Below the pieces are notes generated by a model, which was given only the letters and a program-made list of their open reading frames with translations, made no database searches and was not told the DNA's origin. The position numbers and the translations under genes are program-made. 64,000 bases of DNA from Monocercomonoides exilis PA203 (lineage: Eukaryota > Protista > Preaxostyla). The first letter of the stretch is position 1; the number at the start of each line of letters is the position of its first letter. The stretch lies in NCBI GenBank assembly GCA_001643675.2, contig LSRY02000015.1, forward strand, positions 310,001-374,000, given 5' to 3'. Positions 1 through 14,035 of this stretch are shown here, piece by piece.

Positions 1-313
1 CATGTGAATGGCAAACCTTTGTCTCTCAACTTTACGAAAATGTTAGCACAAATCTGTTTCCAATCGCTGAATTCCTTCGAAAAGTCTCCAAATCCCTCTT
101 CCTCCAACTCCTGTGAAAAATGCGCATACCAGAAGGTTTGTGAAGACCAGGTTGTGGAAGTTACACAGTTACCAGACTCGAAGATAATGAGATCGGAAAC
201 ATTGAACATTTTCAGTCCTCTCGTCCACAATTCCTCCCCGATATCCATAACAAATGTCGTCTCCCCGCAATGGAACCTCCTGGAAGGAGAGATGCTCTTG
301 TTCTCTTTAAGCT

Positions 314-1990
314 TTATCCTGCTTGAAGAACGATTTGTGAATTCTTCCAATATGCAAAGCGTTTCATCATTCTTTTCAACAGAGGTGTCCAGATTTGATC
401 TCTCCAGGCAGGAATTAGAATAACTGCTCTTGCTCTCTTTCTCCAAATCTTCCTCAGACTCGGAAGAATAAGCGGAATGGGAAGATGAACAAAAGTCACT
501 TCGTATTTCCATCTTTCCACCAATACTTCCTTTGAGAAGGGACTTCCTGGTCCAAACCATATTTTTGCTTTGTTGTTTCCTTGACTTTCGAATTCATCCT
601 GCTCTATTTCGACATTCAACTGCTTCTGAAGCTCCTCCATTCCCTTCCGTGTGATCTGGTAATCTCCTGATCTTTCTTGTCTTGAAAAGAAATCTGCTGC
701 ACTGTTCAAAACGCCTGGAAGATGAATCGCTTTCACATTGATCCCCTTCTGGAGAATTGCTTGTCTGATCTTTCTTATGATGCAGATTAAGTTTCTTCTT
801 GCAGCCCAGCGGTTTATGTTGAAGACAATGCTTGAGTTGTCCGATCAAAGAAGCAAATTCTTCATCTTGAATTTCTTGATATAGGCTCGAAATGGTTGAG
901 ACAAATGAGAACTGTCAGTGTTTCCTTGAAATATGAACTTTTGGAAATGAATCTTCGATTGAGAGGCTGATGATAATGGAAACATGTTCAGTTGACTTCA
1001 AAGATGGCTCCACAGGCACGAGGAGCTGCATCTGTTGTTAATATCGCATCTGGAACTGAGTAAATTTCCAAATCTCTTTTTTCTTCCTTCTTCAAGCATG
1101 ATTCACAGTATGAGATTTGCTTGAAAACTCTTTAATTCATTGCGAATTCTCTATCCCATCCATTTTTTCGAACAGTCCTGTTGAGCAGAGCGTATAATCT
1201 GCTCATTTGAAGCCCTTCTTCTTTGCACACAAATCGCACTGCACTTATTGAACTGATGAATGAGGCATAGTCTCTTGTTTTCACTTTCGCTCCAATTTTT
1301 GCCTTTGTCATCCACCGCTTGCACTCCTTGTTCAATGCCTTCCTTCTGTTCCTTTCTAATGCCACTGTCATCTTTGTTGTTCTCCAAGTCCAACCCAAGA
1401 AGTTGAAGACTTGTCTCGGAGTTACACTGCTTTTTTCCCCACTGATAATAAGACCAAGCTCTGGAAAACCATTTTATCACTTTGTTTGTCACTTCTGCTA
1501 GACAAATAGGATCTTGATGTATAAGGATAACATCGTCCAAGAACGCCATGCAATTTTCATCCCATTGATTTCTGACACCTTGCAATTCCTTTCTCATCAG
1601 TCGTGTGAAGATTCGTGGAGCATTCTTGTTTCCTAAGGGAATTCCCGAAAAGCGAATGTTTCTTTGTGAAAGGAGAATGTGAGAAAAGGAACCAACAAAT
1701 CGTGAACTGAGACGAGGAAAAATTCTTTGGATAAATCCAACGTGGTGGAGAAATCGTTATTCTTGAGTAGTCTTTCGACTGTTCGGTGATCTTCCATTTT
1801 GAAATGGATGTTCTTCACAGCGGCATATAATGGATAGCAATCTAGTATTTGTCGGTATCTTCCATCTTTCTTTGGTTAGAAAAATATATTGCTCAGGCAA
1901 CGAACCTTCTTTCTGTCTATTTTTGATATGACGCCTATTGCTAAAGCTTCTTTTATCCAAGCGGAACAGGATAACTCCTCCTTCAAAACT
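314..1990 (-). pseudogene. DIRS pol (reverse transcriptase, RNase H, adenine-methyltransferase-like domain), disrupted
   Basis: ORF pieces 1633-1818, 1151-1597, 1132-1398 and 314-736 carry the RT [F]LDD motif, the RNase H C-terminal N..AD.FSR motif and the DIRS MT-type tail. Confidence 0.85.
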
Positions 1991-2138
1991 CAAAAAAAGC
2001 ACTTGTTCATTTGCACTTCTCTCATCAGTCTGTCCTTTGCCTGTTTTCCCTTCCAGACCTGGCATATTCCATCTGATATTGCATTTGTCACACCTAACTT
2101 CTTCTTCTCCGCGGAGAACAAACACGTTCTTCCACTCA

Positions 2139-2993
2139 TTATTGCTTCTTTCCCCAAGCTTTCCTGTGAAAGGTTTCTTTTCGAGGCCCACTGCTGATGA
2201 CCTGCACGCGAAAAAATCTTGTTCTCGTTATTCTTCTTTTTGGGTGTTGTTTCGGAGTTGAGCGTTTGGCTTCTTGAGAAGGCTTGATGATCTCGAGTTT
2301 GTCACAAGAAACAAGAGGATCTTCTGAACCGTCTTTCAGAACGCAGGCTGCTTTGAAACCATATTCAGCCTGAATGCGTGAATGTCTTGCCTCATGCAAC
2401 GCAGCAATGATCATAAGCGTAGCTTCAGTAAATCCATCAGGTTGCTAAGCTCCATCGTCTTGTAATAGGATCAGCGCTTTTTGGGCATGGAATACATATT
2501 GCTCCACTCTCCAACCGCTTGAGTCCAAAACATCCTTTATCCAACTTGAAGATCTTGAATGGGCATGCGTTTGCGATGGGATGAATGGGACAAATGATAA
2601 GGATTCATAAGCATTCCTGGTTTCCTGAACGTCTGCGCGATCAAGCTGAAAAATATTGAAAGGAACAGACACAACTTCCCCGAAGAGTTCCGTTGATAAA
2701 GTTGCAAGTTTGTTGGTTGACGGGATAACCTGTGACCCGCTGTGACTTTGGCTAGATTGAGTTTGTGAGAAGGGAGATGTTGAGCTGCTCGTGGAGTTGG
2801 ATTGAGATTGATCAAAACCACCCGTCGATCCGCTCGCAGAGAATATACTGCTTGGTTCAGACACAGATCCAAAATTAGTAGCTTCTATTTCCATTGATCT
2901 GTTGAACAACTGAGCCCTTAATATAGAGCTAACTCCAGAAATAAGGAGGTGTTGAAGTTCCTGATTGTTCTCGACAAAAAAATTGTGAAACAC
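2139..2993 (-). pseudogene. DIRS gag-like ORF1 with an in-frame stop at 2445
   Basis: ORFs 2445-2993 and 2139-2414 are in the same frame, upstream of RT, and end in a basic Arg-rich tail. Confidence 0.55.
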
Positions 2994-3207
2994 TTTATCA
3001 AATGATCATATATCAAATCAAGTGAAAAACTTATTAATTGTATCAAATTATCATAATTCAGCAATGGACTACTAATTTCACACAAAGACTTTATTTCGAA
3101 CATTTCACTCATTTTGTTTCCTTTATTTTTGCCATTATTTAAAAACCATAAAATAAATCAGATTTCTGTTTGTTTGTTAAAATATTATGAAATGAAAAAA
3201 ATACCAT

Positions 3208-3208
<1 letters not shown>

Positions 3209-3252
<44 letters not shown>
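3209..3252 (+). repeat. 44-nt poly(A) homopolymer
   Basis: Direct read; lies next to the 5' side of the DIRS element. Confidence 0.95.
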
Positions 3253-3254
<2 letters not shown>

Positions 3255-4386
3255 GTTTTAAAATCTTTTGAATATTTTTCAAAGATAAATAGACAAAAGT
3301 CAATATTTTTCAAATCTCTGTTTCAGATTTTTGAGAAAATCTTTGTTGGATGTTTAGAATAACTTTGAAATTAACAAAAAACAAAAAAACACCTCAATTT
3401 CGAAATGGATAACAAACAAAAACAAAAAAATAACTACCTTGCAAATAATAGTGTAAAAAAATTTGATTTAAAAGGTCAGTTAGGGCATTGAAACTAATTT
3501 GGAATTCTCGCTTGATTGGCACATCAAAACAAATAAAGTGCCAATAAAGGAAAGTGTCCCATTAAAAAGTCCACCCCAATCGCAATCACCTATATCTCAA
3601 AAAAATCGTGAAAAATTCAATGTGGTCATCAACAATTTCAACTGCACCAACAAATCTTTGCCTTCCAATGTTGTATTCCTCTCATTCCTTGAGAAGAATG
3701 GAATGCTGTACTTCCATTCGGAAGAGTTAATAGATGTGCCAAAACTTGTGTTTATGCAGACAGGATTATGTGGCCCTATGCTGCCAATTGTCTGGACAAT
3801 TGGATAAATGACCATCCACCTTGGCTGCGCTCCAACTTTAAGTGCAGCCGTTTTAACATATTCTGAAAAATGGAAATCAAATACTCTGTGATTATCCCCC
3901 ATAATAGATGTGCTACGGAACTGTTTGCTTTCAGTGGAAATAATCAGTTTTCATCACATAAATATTCTTGTTCTGATGATGCTTAACTTTTGTTTCCCTA
4001 GGCGTGATCAAAACAACTCCAACTGCTCAAAGAAATAACGAAAGAAACACTGAAAGAAAAAAAATGGTTCTTTTTCTTTTTTTCATGTTACAATTGCTTT
4101 GAATAGCTAAAAAGATTCAGGTTGATCGTTAAATCGCAATCTTTTTCTCTTCAAAGCATGTGTTTGCTCAATCAAGCAGAGATGCAACATTCAAAGTTAC
4201 ACATTCTCAAAATCTTTCATCAGAAAATCGCTTCTAAATCCGATTCCAAATCCGATTCTATCCATCAATCATTCCTCATAATTGCATGCATCGTTTCTTA
4301 TCTTTTATTTTTATTTTTATTTTTTTTTTTTATTTTTATTTATTTATTTATTTTTTTTCATTCTTCATTGTCTTTTTTCATTCCTT

Positions 4387-7300
4387 TCAATAACTCACAA
4401 TACTTGTTTCTCCATCTCCGCTATTCCCGCCTCCATGCTCCTCTGATTCTGTTTCATAGTCCACAGCATCTGACATCGTAATCATTTGCCCTGATTCAGG
4501 AAATAGCTGGATGAATACTCGCTTTATGCCTTGCAATGAAGGTCTGCTATTCACGTGATTCGACAGACAATCCCTGAGTATCTCAAACAATCGCGTTTGT
4601 CTAACATTATCCAAGATCGGTCTTTCTCCATTCACTATCTTCTGCCCAGCCACCTCTGCCTCATACTCTCCAAACGGGATTTGAAGGGTCAGGCACTCCC
4701 ACAGCATCATCCCAATCGAGAATGACACCGATTCCTTTGTTGCCCCCATCTTCTTGTTCATCTGCAGCTCTGGCGCCTTCCATCTCAGACATTCTTTTTT
4801 GAAGTCATCTTCATCCTCAAACGCTGATGAGGGCAGAGAGTCGCTTTCACTATCATCACTGGCAGATGTCACAACAGTTGATGATGAGATGGAGGATGAA
4901 TCAGAATCATCTTCTGACAATAAGTCTGAATGCATCACAATGCATATCACCATGTGTTCAGAAAACAACACAATGTGAGGGCTCAAATTGGAAAGAGATT
5001 GAAGAGGGTTTTCCATTTCATCAAACGAATGGAGAGCGAGATTTGCCACCCAGAACAACACCTGTGCAGCTGTTTGCTCTCTTTCTTTCAATGTGCCAAT
5101 CGGCATTTCCTTTGTCTTGTTCAGCCCATGAAGCAGCATGAACAGCGAATCCCTCAAATCCACTATCAACTTCTCATGAGGGGATGAACAGGCCATTGCA
5201 TCCACCAAGTTCGACATTGATGAGGTGGTTGGGCACAAATCCTCCCCTCGAACAAATGTGGAATCTGAATCAGTTGAACATGTCGAAGAAATTGATGGTG
5301 ATGGAGTCTGTTTTCTAATTTCCTCTTCTTCAACCTTCTCCAATGCCCATTCTGGGATCTTGTCTGAATCTTTTCCCAAGATGTATTCAGTGGAACCACT
5401 CTCAGAAAGAAGATGCTCTGATGACTCAGAGTGCTGCATGTTCGTATCATATATTCTCTTCTTCATCCTCTCCTCATTCTTCTTCTCTGCCTCTCTCTCT
5501 GCCCTTCGCCACTGCTCCTCAGGTGACATCTCCATCGTCACCATCTCAATCAGCTTCGGATCCTTTTTCACTGTGTCATTCACAATCTCTCTCAGATCTT
5601 CTGCTTCATTCTTTGCCTTCCTCCACCGAACAGCCAGAACAACAGAAACAACAAGAACAATCAAAAGTATTATTGCCATGATAATAACAATCAACAGCCA
5701 ATACGATTTCCATTCTTTCCCTCCTTCAACAATCCTTTCATCTCCATTAGCCTTGAGCTCACTTCTGTTCTTCACAATGAAAGAATCAGTGGATGATTGC
5801 TTGTCAGCATCCCCAAACAGAATGCTCGCTCTCACTTCCACCCCTTCTCCTGCCTCACTTATCATCTCCCTTGCCAATCTCCCTCTAACTTTTGTCTCCG
5901 ACACATATCCACTCTCATCAAACTCATATTTCTCTATCTGCTTTTCATCACCTATCTGCTTCACAATCATGAATGACAAGTTGCAAGGCAGCAGCAGCTT
6001 CCCTTTGAATACAACCTCCATTTCTTCTCCTTTCTCATTTGCTTCCACACTCTCCAATACTGGAATGAAAAATGGTGATGCTCTTTCAGAAACAATCCCT
6101 TCAAAGATGCACCCATCATTCAACATCCAAAGTGATGTATTTCTCTCCAATCCATCTCCTCCTTTCAAACTGGAAATGGTCATTGAAGCAGAATCAGAGC
6201 AGATGATATTTCGACGAAGCGAAGGATATTTCTCAATGAAAGGATTGTTGTTGCTGAAGTTTCCTGCTTCAATCATCACGGATCCTCCGCTCACTGTTAT
6301 CCCTCCCTTTGATGAGTTGCAGATTGTTGTATCTTTCATCATCGCAGAACTGCTTAAGAAATCAACAACCGAACTATTCCACTTGCAAAGTTCTTCAAAT
6401 GCATTATTTCTCTCACTTTCACTTTCTTTTGCAAGAACTCCAACAAATCGACACGAATCCATCAAAACATCCTTCGTATTGTTCATCTCCATCATGCTTC
6501 CTTTGCTTAACAGAGAATTACAGGCTGAACAGGAACAGTTGGAAAGAACAATTTGAGCAGAAGTTGAAGAAGCGGAAAGAACAGAAGCTCCTTCTGAATT
6601 CCTCGAGCAGTTCTTGAATGAGGAGCTTCCAACCGAAACACTTCCCGAAGCTGAACTGCCAATTGAAAGGATGCAACCTTCAGGCAATTTCACTCCATCT
6701 GCATCAATTCCATTCAGCACAACACTTCCACATTGCCCAATCTCAACAACATTTCTTGTTGATTCAATCTGTTCCAGCTTCATATTTGTCATCGAAATCT
6801 CATCTCCATTCAGCAGAAATGAAGGTTTCTTGAATGAAAGCATTGATATTGAACAGTTGTCAACATGCAGAATCCCTTTTGCAATGCTCAGCAAGGTCGA
6901 GTTGAGAACAACAACAAGTTGATTGATGTTTGACTCTCCAACAGAAGAGAAGTCAACAAATGAAAGAGATAATTGGCCGCTTGCCTCATGGATAACAGAA
7001 CTGCCTGAATACGAAAGCTATTGATCAAAGTTAAATTTCACACTCTCCATCCGAACTTTCTCTGAGGTTTTGAGAAGACTTCCCTCATTGACATTAATCG
7101 TTGAGTTCAGATACACCAAAGCTGTTGAGGGAGACTCAAGTGAGCGGATGATCACATCATGCACATCACATTCCCCATTGATGATCGTCTCCTCTGAGAT
7201 CAACAGCTGAGAATATGATGAAGGAATGATGTGTTGAACTCCAACATCCAATGAGTGGCATGGAGCATTGAACTCTCCGCATTGCTTGCTGTCTGTGTGA

Positions 7301-10300
7301 TTGCCTGTTGCTGAAGAAACAAATATCGTCTCACTCTGATATTTCACAACCCTCAGCAGAAGATCCTCTTCCCCAACAAACGAGTCTGTTGTGGCACCCC
7401 ATATTGCACGCTCCTTCACAAACGGTGTTCTGAAATCCAAAAGGAATTGCTCATCAACAATTTGTGTTTCGATTGAATGGCATCTCACATACACATCTCT
7501 TCCCCTGAACGCAGAGTTGTCTTTGAATGTGATATTCGACAACACAAAATTCAGAGGCTGTTCAACCACCGAGGTACATTCCAGAAACAGCCACCCGCCT
7601 CTTCCTGTGGTGGAGCAGAAGCACTCAGAAATCGTGCAAAATGAGCAGTCAAACTTTCCTCCCTCATTCAACACACAAAACATCCCTCCTCCCTTTCCAC
7701 ACCTCGTTCCGCCACACTTCTTCATCGTTGTGTTTCGAATCACCATTTTCAATGTCTCGTCATCGTTGTCATTCCGGATGACGGGAATATCATCTGTTGT
7801 ATTTTGGGTGACTTCTTCGAATGAACTCCACTCAATTACAACATCTTGTTCAACTTCATTTTTTCTCTCCCTGAACTCTTTGATATCCTCAATCCGCTTG
7901 CTCTATTCAACTCAATATTCTTCATTGTCAAATTTTTAACATTCAGAATCGTTGAAGATAACACAGAAATAACATCCTTTGAAAAGGATAGTGATTGCAT
8001 TGACACAAATTCCAATACAACCGTCCCTCCATCTGCCTTTATCAACCCAAAATTAGTAATTTGTCCTCTGCTTTCTTCATTTTTTGAGAATGAACAGTCT
8101 TTCAGAGTCAACAATCCTTCACTTGATCCAACATGCATCAAATAATTGACTCCACTTGTGAAGGATGATGGAATAACAAAGTCAATCAGTTCGAAATTGG
8201 CAATTCCAGAAATCTTCATTGCTGCTCCTTCTGCTCCTTCAAGTGATGAGAGACATTCCAAAGAGCATATGTCTGTATTATTTGAGCTTATTGAAAACCC
8301 ACTCACATCAACACTCTTCTGAAGAATCCCCTTCCCAATGATGTTAATATTCTTTTCATTTCCTTCAGGCAATCGATCCAATGAATAATCGATTGATAAA
8401 CAAGGATAATCTGAGAACCCGCAAGTGCAAACATCTTTTCCATCATCTCTGATAAATATCTCTGAGCCAAATGCTCTCCAGAAATAAATCAGTGGAATAG
8501 CATTCACTGTATCATTCCCATCAAACCCTCTCATAGAATCCAACGAAATATCTGACAGATGACCAGACACAAATGGAAGAGAGGTGTTTGTGATGCTCTT
8601 CGTCAAGTCGGATGATTCAACAAACAGATCATTTCCATATTTCGCAACATTTGGTTTGTCTTCCTCAAAAACAGGTGATGAGATCACAAATGAAGAATCA
8701 TCATCAATCAGCTTCAGTGCCATCCCTCCTCCAAAGCCAGTTTTTCCTTCTTCAGCTGGTGCTGTGCATCCTGTGAATGTGCACAAAATAACATTCAATT
8801 GAGTATTCCCTTTCAACTGAGCATTGATTGCCCCTCCTCTGCTTTCATCAGCCAAAACAGAACATTCATCAAAATCACATTCTTCAATATTTATTTCTCC
8901 ATTTGAATCTTCATCATTGCTGTTATCGATGCTCACACAGCCTCCACTTCCTGTTCTTCTTTCTATTTTTGTGAAATTGCACTTCGTCATGTTCAGCCAT
9001 TTGGTACTCATTGAATCGGTATTTGTGCTGCTTCCAGTCAACAAGATCAATGGATTTCCATTCAAAGTGATTGAAGAAGCCGAAAACGATTCAATGGTCA
9101 ATGTCCCAGACTCAACAGATAAGAATAGAAATGTCAATTCAGATAAAGGATTTTGAAGAGAAAGAGAACATTGAGACAAAGTCAGTTGTGAAGATGAAGA
9201 AATAAAAGTTGAATGTGAAAGAGAAGGAGGAATAGAGAAGATAAGTTTTGACAATTTTGTTTCAACACTTGCTGTTATCATCGTTGAATTGGATGTTGAA
9301 CTTGCATCAGAGACTGTCCAGCCACTTTCATCATCATTTCCTTTGATTTCATGTTTCTGTCCAACAAAAGCCAATTCATCGCTCATCAAAATCATTCCAC
9401 TCATAACAATCTTCTTTTCTTCTTCTTGTCTTGTCAAACAATGCTTCAGTGTCAGGCAGGGAAACTCGGAAAATCCACAGAGAGAGTGATTGAATGCATC
9501 AACATTGCTCACAAATATCTCATCTGGCACAGGAATCAGATAAACACACAAAGGAATCGGAATCGTTTCATCACCATTGTCGTATCCTCTCACCTTATCA
9601 AAAGAATCCAAAGAAGCTGTCAGGCATGTTATCTTTCCACTCTTTGCTGTTGACTCCAAGTTGATCGAGTCAACAAAAATGTCACTTCCCCATTTGGCTC
9701 TGTTCCCCTCAAATCCTGATGAAATTTGAAACTCTGCATTTGTGTCTCTCACTTTCAGCCCAACCCCTCCTCCTCTCCCTTGGATGGTTGAGGCATAACA
9801 GTTTTTCACAACACCTCCATTCATTGTCAATGAACCAACATTCCCCATTTCAACCATCATCCCTCCTCCAAACTCAGAGGCTTCACTCCCACACCTATCA
9901 AGTGTGCATCCCTCAAGAGTTATTGAATATGACCCTTCACCCACACTTATCAGCGATGATCCTGCTGTTGTCCTCACAATGTTGTTGAATGTGCAGTTGT
10001 TCAGAGTCAACGAAACTGAAGATCCTTGAGAAAATGAGATCACACTTGTGGTGCTGAATGTTTGTGACAATCTCACATCTTTCATCTTCAAACTTCCCCC
10101 ATCCATCTTCACAAGTGAGTTCTGAATGCTCCTCTCTTCTGAATGATCTGCATCCATCGAAATATTCAATCTCTTCACATCCATCAACCCACTTCCCTGA
10201 ACCTGAAATAATCTGCTTTTTCGATTATTTTCAACTGACGAATTGTGAATCACAAACAGATCACTCACACTCAACTCCCCTGTTCCAACACAAAACAGAC

Positions 10301-12041
10301 TCATTCCACTTGCCTCAAATTTTGTTTCAATGGCTGAGCCAGCTGGCGAAACTCCATTCACAGAGATCGTTTTCTCCCCAATATCAACTCCTTTGCCTTC
10401 CACAACTGTTCCACTCAGCACCTTGATTTCCTCCACGAACCCCACAATCATCTGGGAAAGGCAATGGCTGATTGTGTGGCATGCACAGCTTTCATTCAAT
10501 CCACAGCTGAATGTGTCCTTTGCATTTGTTTGATTTTGAACCGAAGCAACAAATCTGCATTTTCCTCCATTGTTAGGCAGCCATTCACTTTTGTCTCCTC
10601 CTGCATAATATCTCACTCCTTCTACTCGCGTTGAATAGCACCAAACAACTTGAGAATCTATGGAGTTATCTGCAATATAAACATCATTTCCTTGAGGAGC
10701 ACTATTGTTGTGGAAAAAGCAAAACCACAAAAGATTTCCGTAATATTCTTTTATTTGAATACTAACAGCACCTCCATGATAAGCTGAATAGCATCCTTGA
10801 AACAGGCAATTTCTTGTGACCACTTTATCAATAAAAAACCAGTTAATAAAAGCTCCTCCATCTGTGCTCTTTGGATTGTTCCCGCTGCAATTTATAAATG
10901 AACAATCCAAAATGCAATCTTTTGTTTTGTTTGCTTTCGATTTCCAAATTCCAAGCCCACCTCCATCATCTCTCGACCATCCATCTTTGAAAAAGCAATT
11001 TTCAAAAAATACTTGAATTGACAACCTATCCATTTCTGCTCCTGCTCCTCCCAGTGTTGTTGATGCAACGCAATAGCACTCAATAAATGTGGAATGTTTC
11101 ACTGTGCATTCAGCAAAATTGTCTGCAAATATTCCTCCACCTCTTGTTGATGTTGCGTTGCATTTTACAAACGAGGAATTTTCAACTGTTAATGTGGCAT
11201 TTGGATTGTCATGCACATACAACCCTCCGCCACATGGAGCAGAGCATTCATTCCATTCAACATTCGTGAAATTCTGAGATTGGGTTGTATCCAAATGCGC
11301 ATTATTTCTTTTTTTCCAATCCACCCTTTCGTTGCGAACGAATGTGCAATTGTTGCAAGAAAATGCAATGGATCCTTCTGTTCCACTCACAATCCCTCTC
11401 TCCAGCACATTCATCGATCTTTCAATTTGACAATCTTCCATTGAACTCGTTTTCATCATAGATTCTTTTCCAATTGGCATTTCATCTGTCTCCATGAATT
11501 TCATTGTGATATTCGAAAAAGCACTGTTTTTGATTCCTTCAAATGACCCTTCTCCATTTCTCAAAATGCTTCCACCCCCACAAAACACTATGTTCTTCCA
11601 CTCACTGTTTCTCACAAGCAACGATGAATCTTCTTCTTCCATCTTCACAAGACTCTTCATCATCAAATCACAATTGTTATTTCCTTTTTCGATGTTCAAA
11701 GTGGTGTTCATCATTTCGCATGTTCCTTCATTGAAGATAAATTGTTCATTGAAACCTCTTTTTCTCATCAACATGCAGTCATCAAGGCCCAGGAATGACT
11801 TTGCTCCAACATCAAATGCTGCACCATCATCTGCATTTTTCAACATTATTTCCTTCAATTCGACTGAGGAATTGTGCATTTCGCAGAACAGTCGAACAAC
11901 ACTTCCCTGCTCCAAAATATGACTTTCTGACTGAGCAGGAATATGATAAATGAGATGTTCATTCCGTTGTGCATCATTTCTTTCTGTGCCACAAAATGTG
12001 AAACACAAACACTCAGCCAAAACAAAAAGAATCATTATCAT
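4387..12041 (-). pseudogene. Giant receptor-like protein: signal peptide, beta-helix/GGA-repeat ectodomain, TM helix, degenerate TKL kinase; one frameshift (~7860) and one stop (7018)
   Basis: Three collinear ORFs (7836-12041, 7018-7752, 4387-6894). Hydrophobic N-terminus, repeated GGG/GGAI and CG....PC motifs, TM WLLIVIIMAIILLIVLVVSVVLAV, and C-terminal LRWKAPE...SFSIGMMLWECLT...RPS kinase lobe without HRD or DFG. Confidence 0.8.
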
Positions 12042-14035
12042 GAGAATTATTATGGGTCATAATTAACCATATTTCATAAAATTTATAATAATTTTGAACA
12101 CCTTTCAATTTTAATTCTTCCTGTTAACCTTTCATTTGTTAAATTGATGGTCATTCCAATTATTCTATCAAGAGATAATTTTATCATTTAGCTGTAAAAG
12201 ATTGAATTTTTCTTTTTCTCCACTATTGAATCGCTTTAATTTTGTTTTATTCTGTGTGAATGTGGAATGTTAACATCTTGAGGTCATTACCAACAATGTA
12301 TTCTTCAAGGGGAAATTACCTATCCATGAAAAGAAGAATAACAATTAAAAAAGATATTTTTATGAGAAATATTTGAAAATTGAAATTGGAATAAAAAAAG
12401 AACTATATTTTCACAAACTTTAAATGTTCTGAGAGAGGCGTTGATTCGTTTGATAAGTGCATTCAATTTCCATCAATAATTCTTTCATTTCAAAACTGTT
12501 CTTGTTTCGAAAATTTCATTTCGAATTTCTTTAAAAGTTATTTTTTCCTCTTTTCTCTCTTCCTTTTCTTTCATTTTTTCATTCTCTATTTCTAAATCTT
12601 CATTTTTTCTTCTGAGTTGTTTTGTGGAGTCAATTTTTCTCTTCTCACTTTTTTCCATCTTTCTTTTGTCGCTCACATTTCATCTTCAAAGCATTCAGTA
12701 TTTCCTAAAATAACTTCCGAATCATCAATGGTCTTCCTCCAAGCGCAGCGCTAATCTTTCATTTTTATGACTTTTCTTCTTCCAATCCTCCTTCATGATT
12801 CTTTGTTTATGATTGTTTTGCTATATCCTGGAAAACATCTCATTTCGAGCTTTCGTTTCTTTTTTCGCAAAATAGTCATCGTTCATCAATGAATCTTTCG
12901 GTAAATAAAGATTGTCCAACAGCATTGACTCAAATTCTTCATCACTTTTCCTGAAAGTCAAATATCCTTTGGTTTGAAAATCAATAACTTCAAGGCTTTT
13001 CATCAAAAACGATGGAAAGATGAATCAATGAAACAATAAAGAAAATGATAAAATACCTTCAATTTTGTTGGTGAGTCCATTGTTGCCAAAGGATAATTTC
13101 CTTTTCATTCTGTTTTTAAGTCAAAGGCATCATTTGTCATTGCATCCCCTTTTTGCAAGCGAACTTTTTCCATGGATGCAAATCATCATTGAAAAGACAC
13201 TTGAGTCAGAAAATTTATCTGTTTAATCTCCAAAGCGCTTTGGGTCTTTCTCAACAAACGTTGTTTGTTCAAAAAACTCTATAAAACTGAACTGCTAATA
13301 TTTCAGATAAAAATTGAGCCTCTATTAGAAATCAAAAAGGAATATTAAATTCAAAATAAATAAAGACTTTAAAGTCTTTCATGCCTCAAAATCATCCATT
13401 TTCTGCTGATAAAATATATCCGGCAAAGACAAAATAAAACTCTTTAGCATTCAAAGAAGAGCATGCCTAAAATATTTATTTGCGTTATAGAAGCATTTAA
13501 ACGTTCATCTGAGTCATAAGACCAGAAAAAAATAGAAAATATAAAATGCAGGAATAGAAGTTTTATTATGGTCTTCAAATGTTTTTTAATTTTTTTTTGA
13601 ATGTTTAAAATTTCAGAGAAACATCAATGCAAATATAAAAAATGAAAATTTGTATGTCGAAAATAAATTCAATCTTTTTTTAATTAGGGTCATGTTTTAA
13701 TTAGATCCTTATTTTTTTTATTCGATCCTTTCTTTTTGAAATCAATTATTTTGCCACCCACATTTCGATTTATTAATAGTATTTTTGGTATATAAGAAAA
13801 ATATTTGCAACTGAATAAATACATTAAAATGCATAACCTGTTTCTTTTGGGGAGGGAAATGGAGGGGGTTAAAAGCCTCCCGTTGAAATTCTATCAGTTA
13901 CAGGTTGGTTCCAATGAATTAAATTCAAAAAAAATATGAATTTAATATGCAAAAAATAAAATTTCAATGAAAAAAGAAATATATTATTGTCAAATAAATA
14001 AATTGGCTTAATGATCGTTACCAAAATAATAAAAA

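Larger units (their letters stand above)
1..3110 (-). mobile_element. Decayed DIRS1-like tyrosine-recombinase retrotransposon (gag - RT - RNase H - MT - start of YR), running off the window start
   Basis: Minus-strand fragments occur in DIRS order. Gag-like ORF at 2993-2139. RT motifs PKKDGRYRQILDC, HFKMED, TTLDLSK, APRIFTRLM, AFLDDVIL, FLGWTW. RNase H motifs ILTTDAA and HLPGVLNSAADFFSR. MT-like FVHLPIPLI...AVILIPAWRDQIW. A further helical ORF fragment at <300. Multiple stops and frameshifts; the 5' boundary is approximate. Confidence 0.85.

Noticed and set aside
3499-3960. Short ORFs between the DIRS element and the receptor gene
   Set aside because: No motif support on either strand.
5225-6556. 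Long antisense ORFs (here and opposite EPL1 and exportin-7)
   Set aside because: These are shadows of codon bias on the true coding strand.
12480-13300. Minus-strand coding-like remnant
   Set aside because: Stop-riddled, with no recognisable motif.
13899-13925. TA-CAGGTTGG as the left TIR of the pogo element
   Set aside because: No matching inverted copy was found downstream of the transposase.
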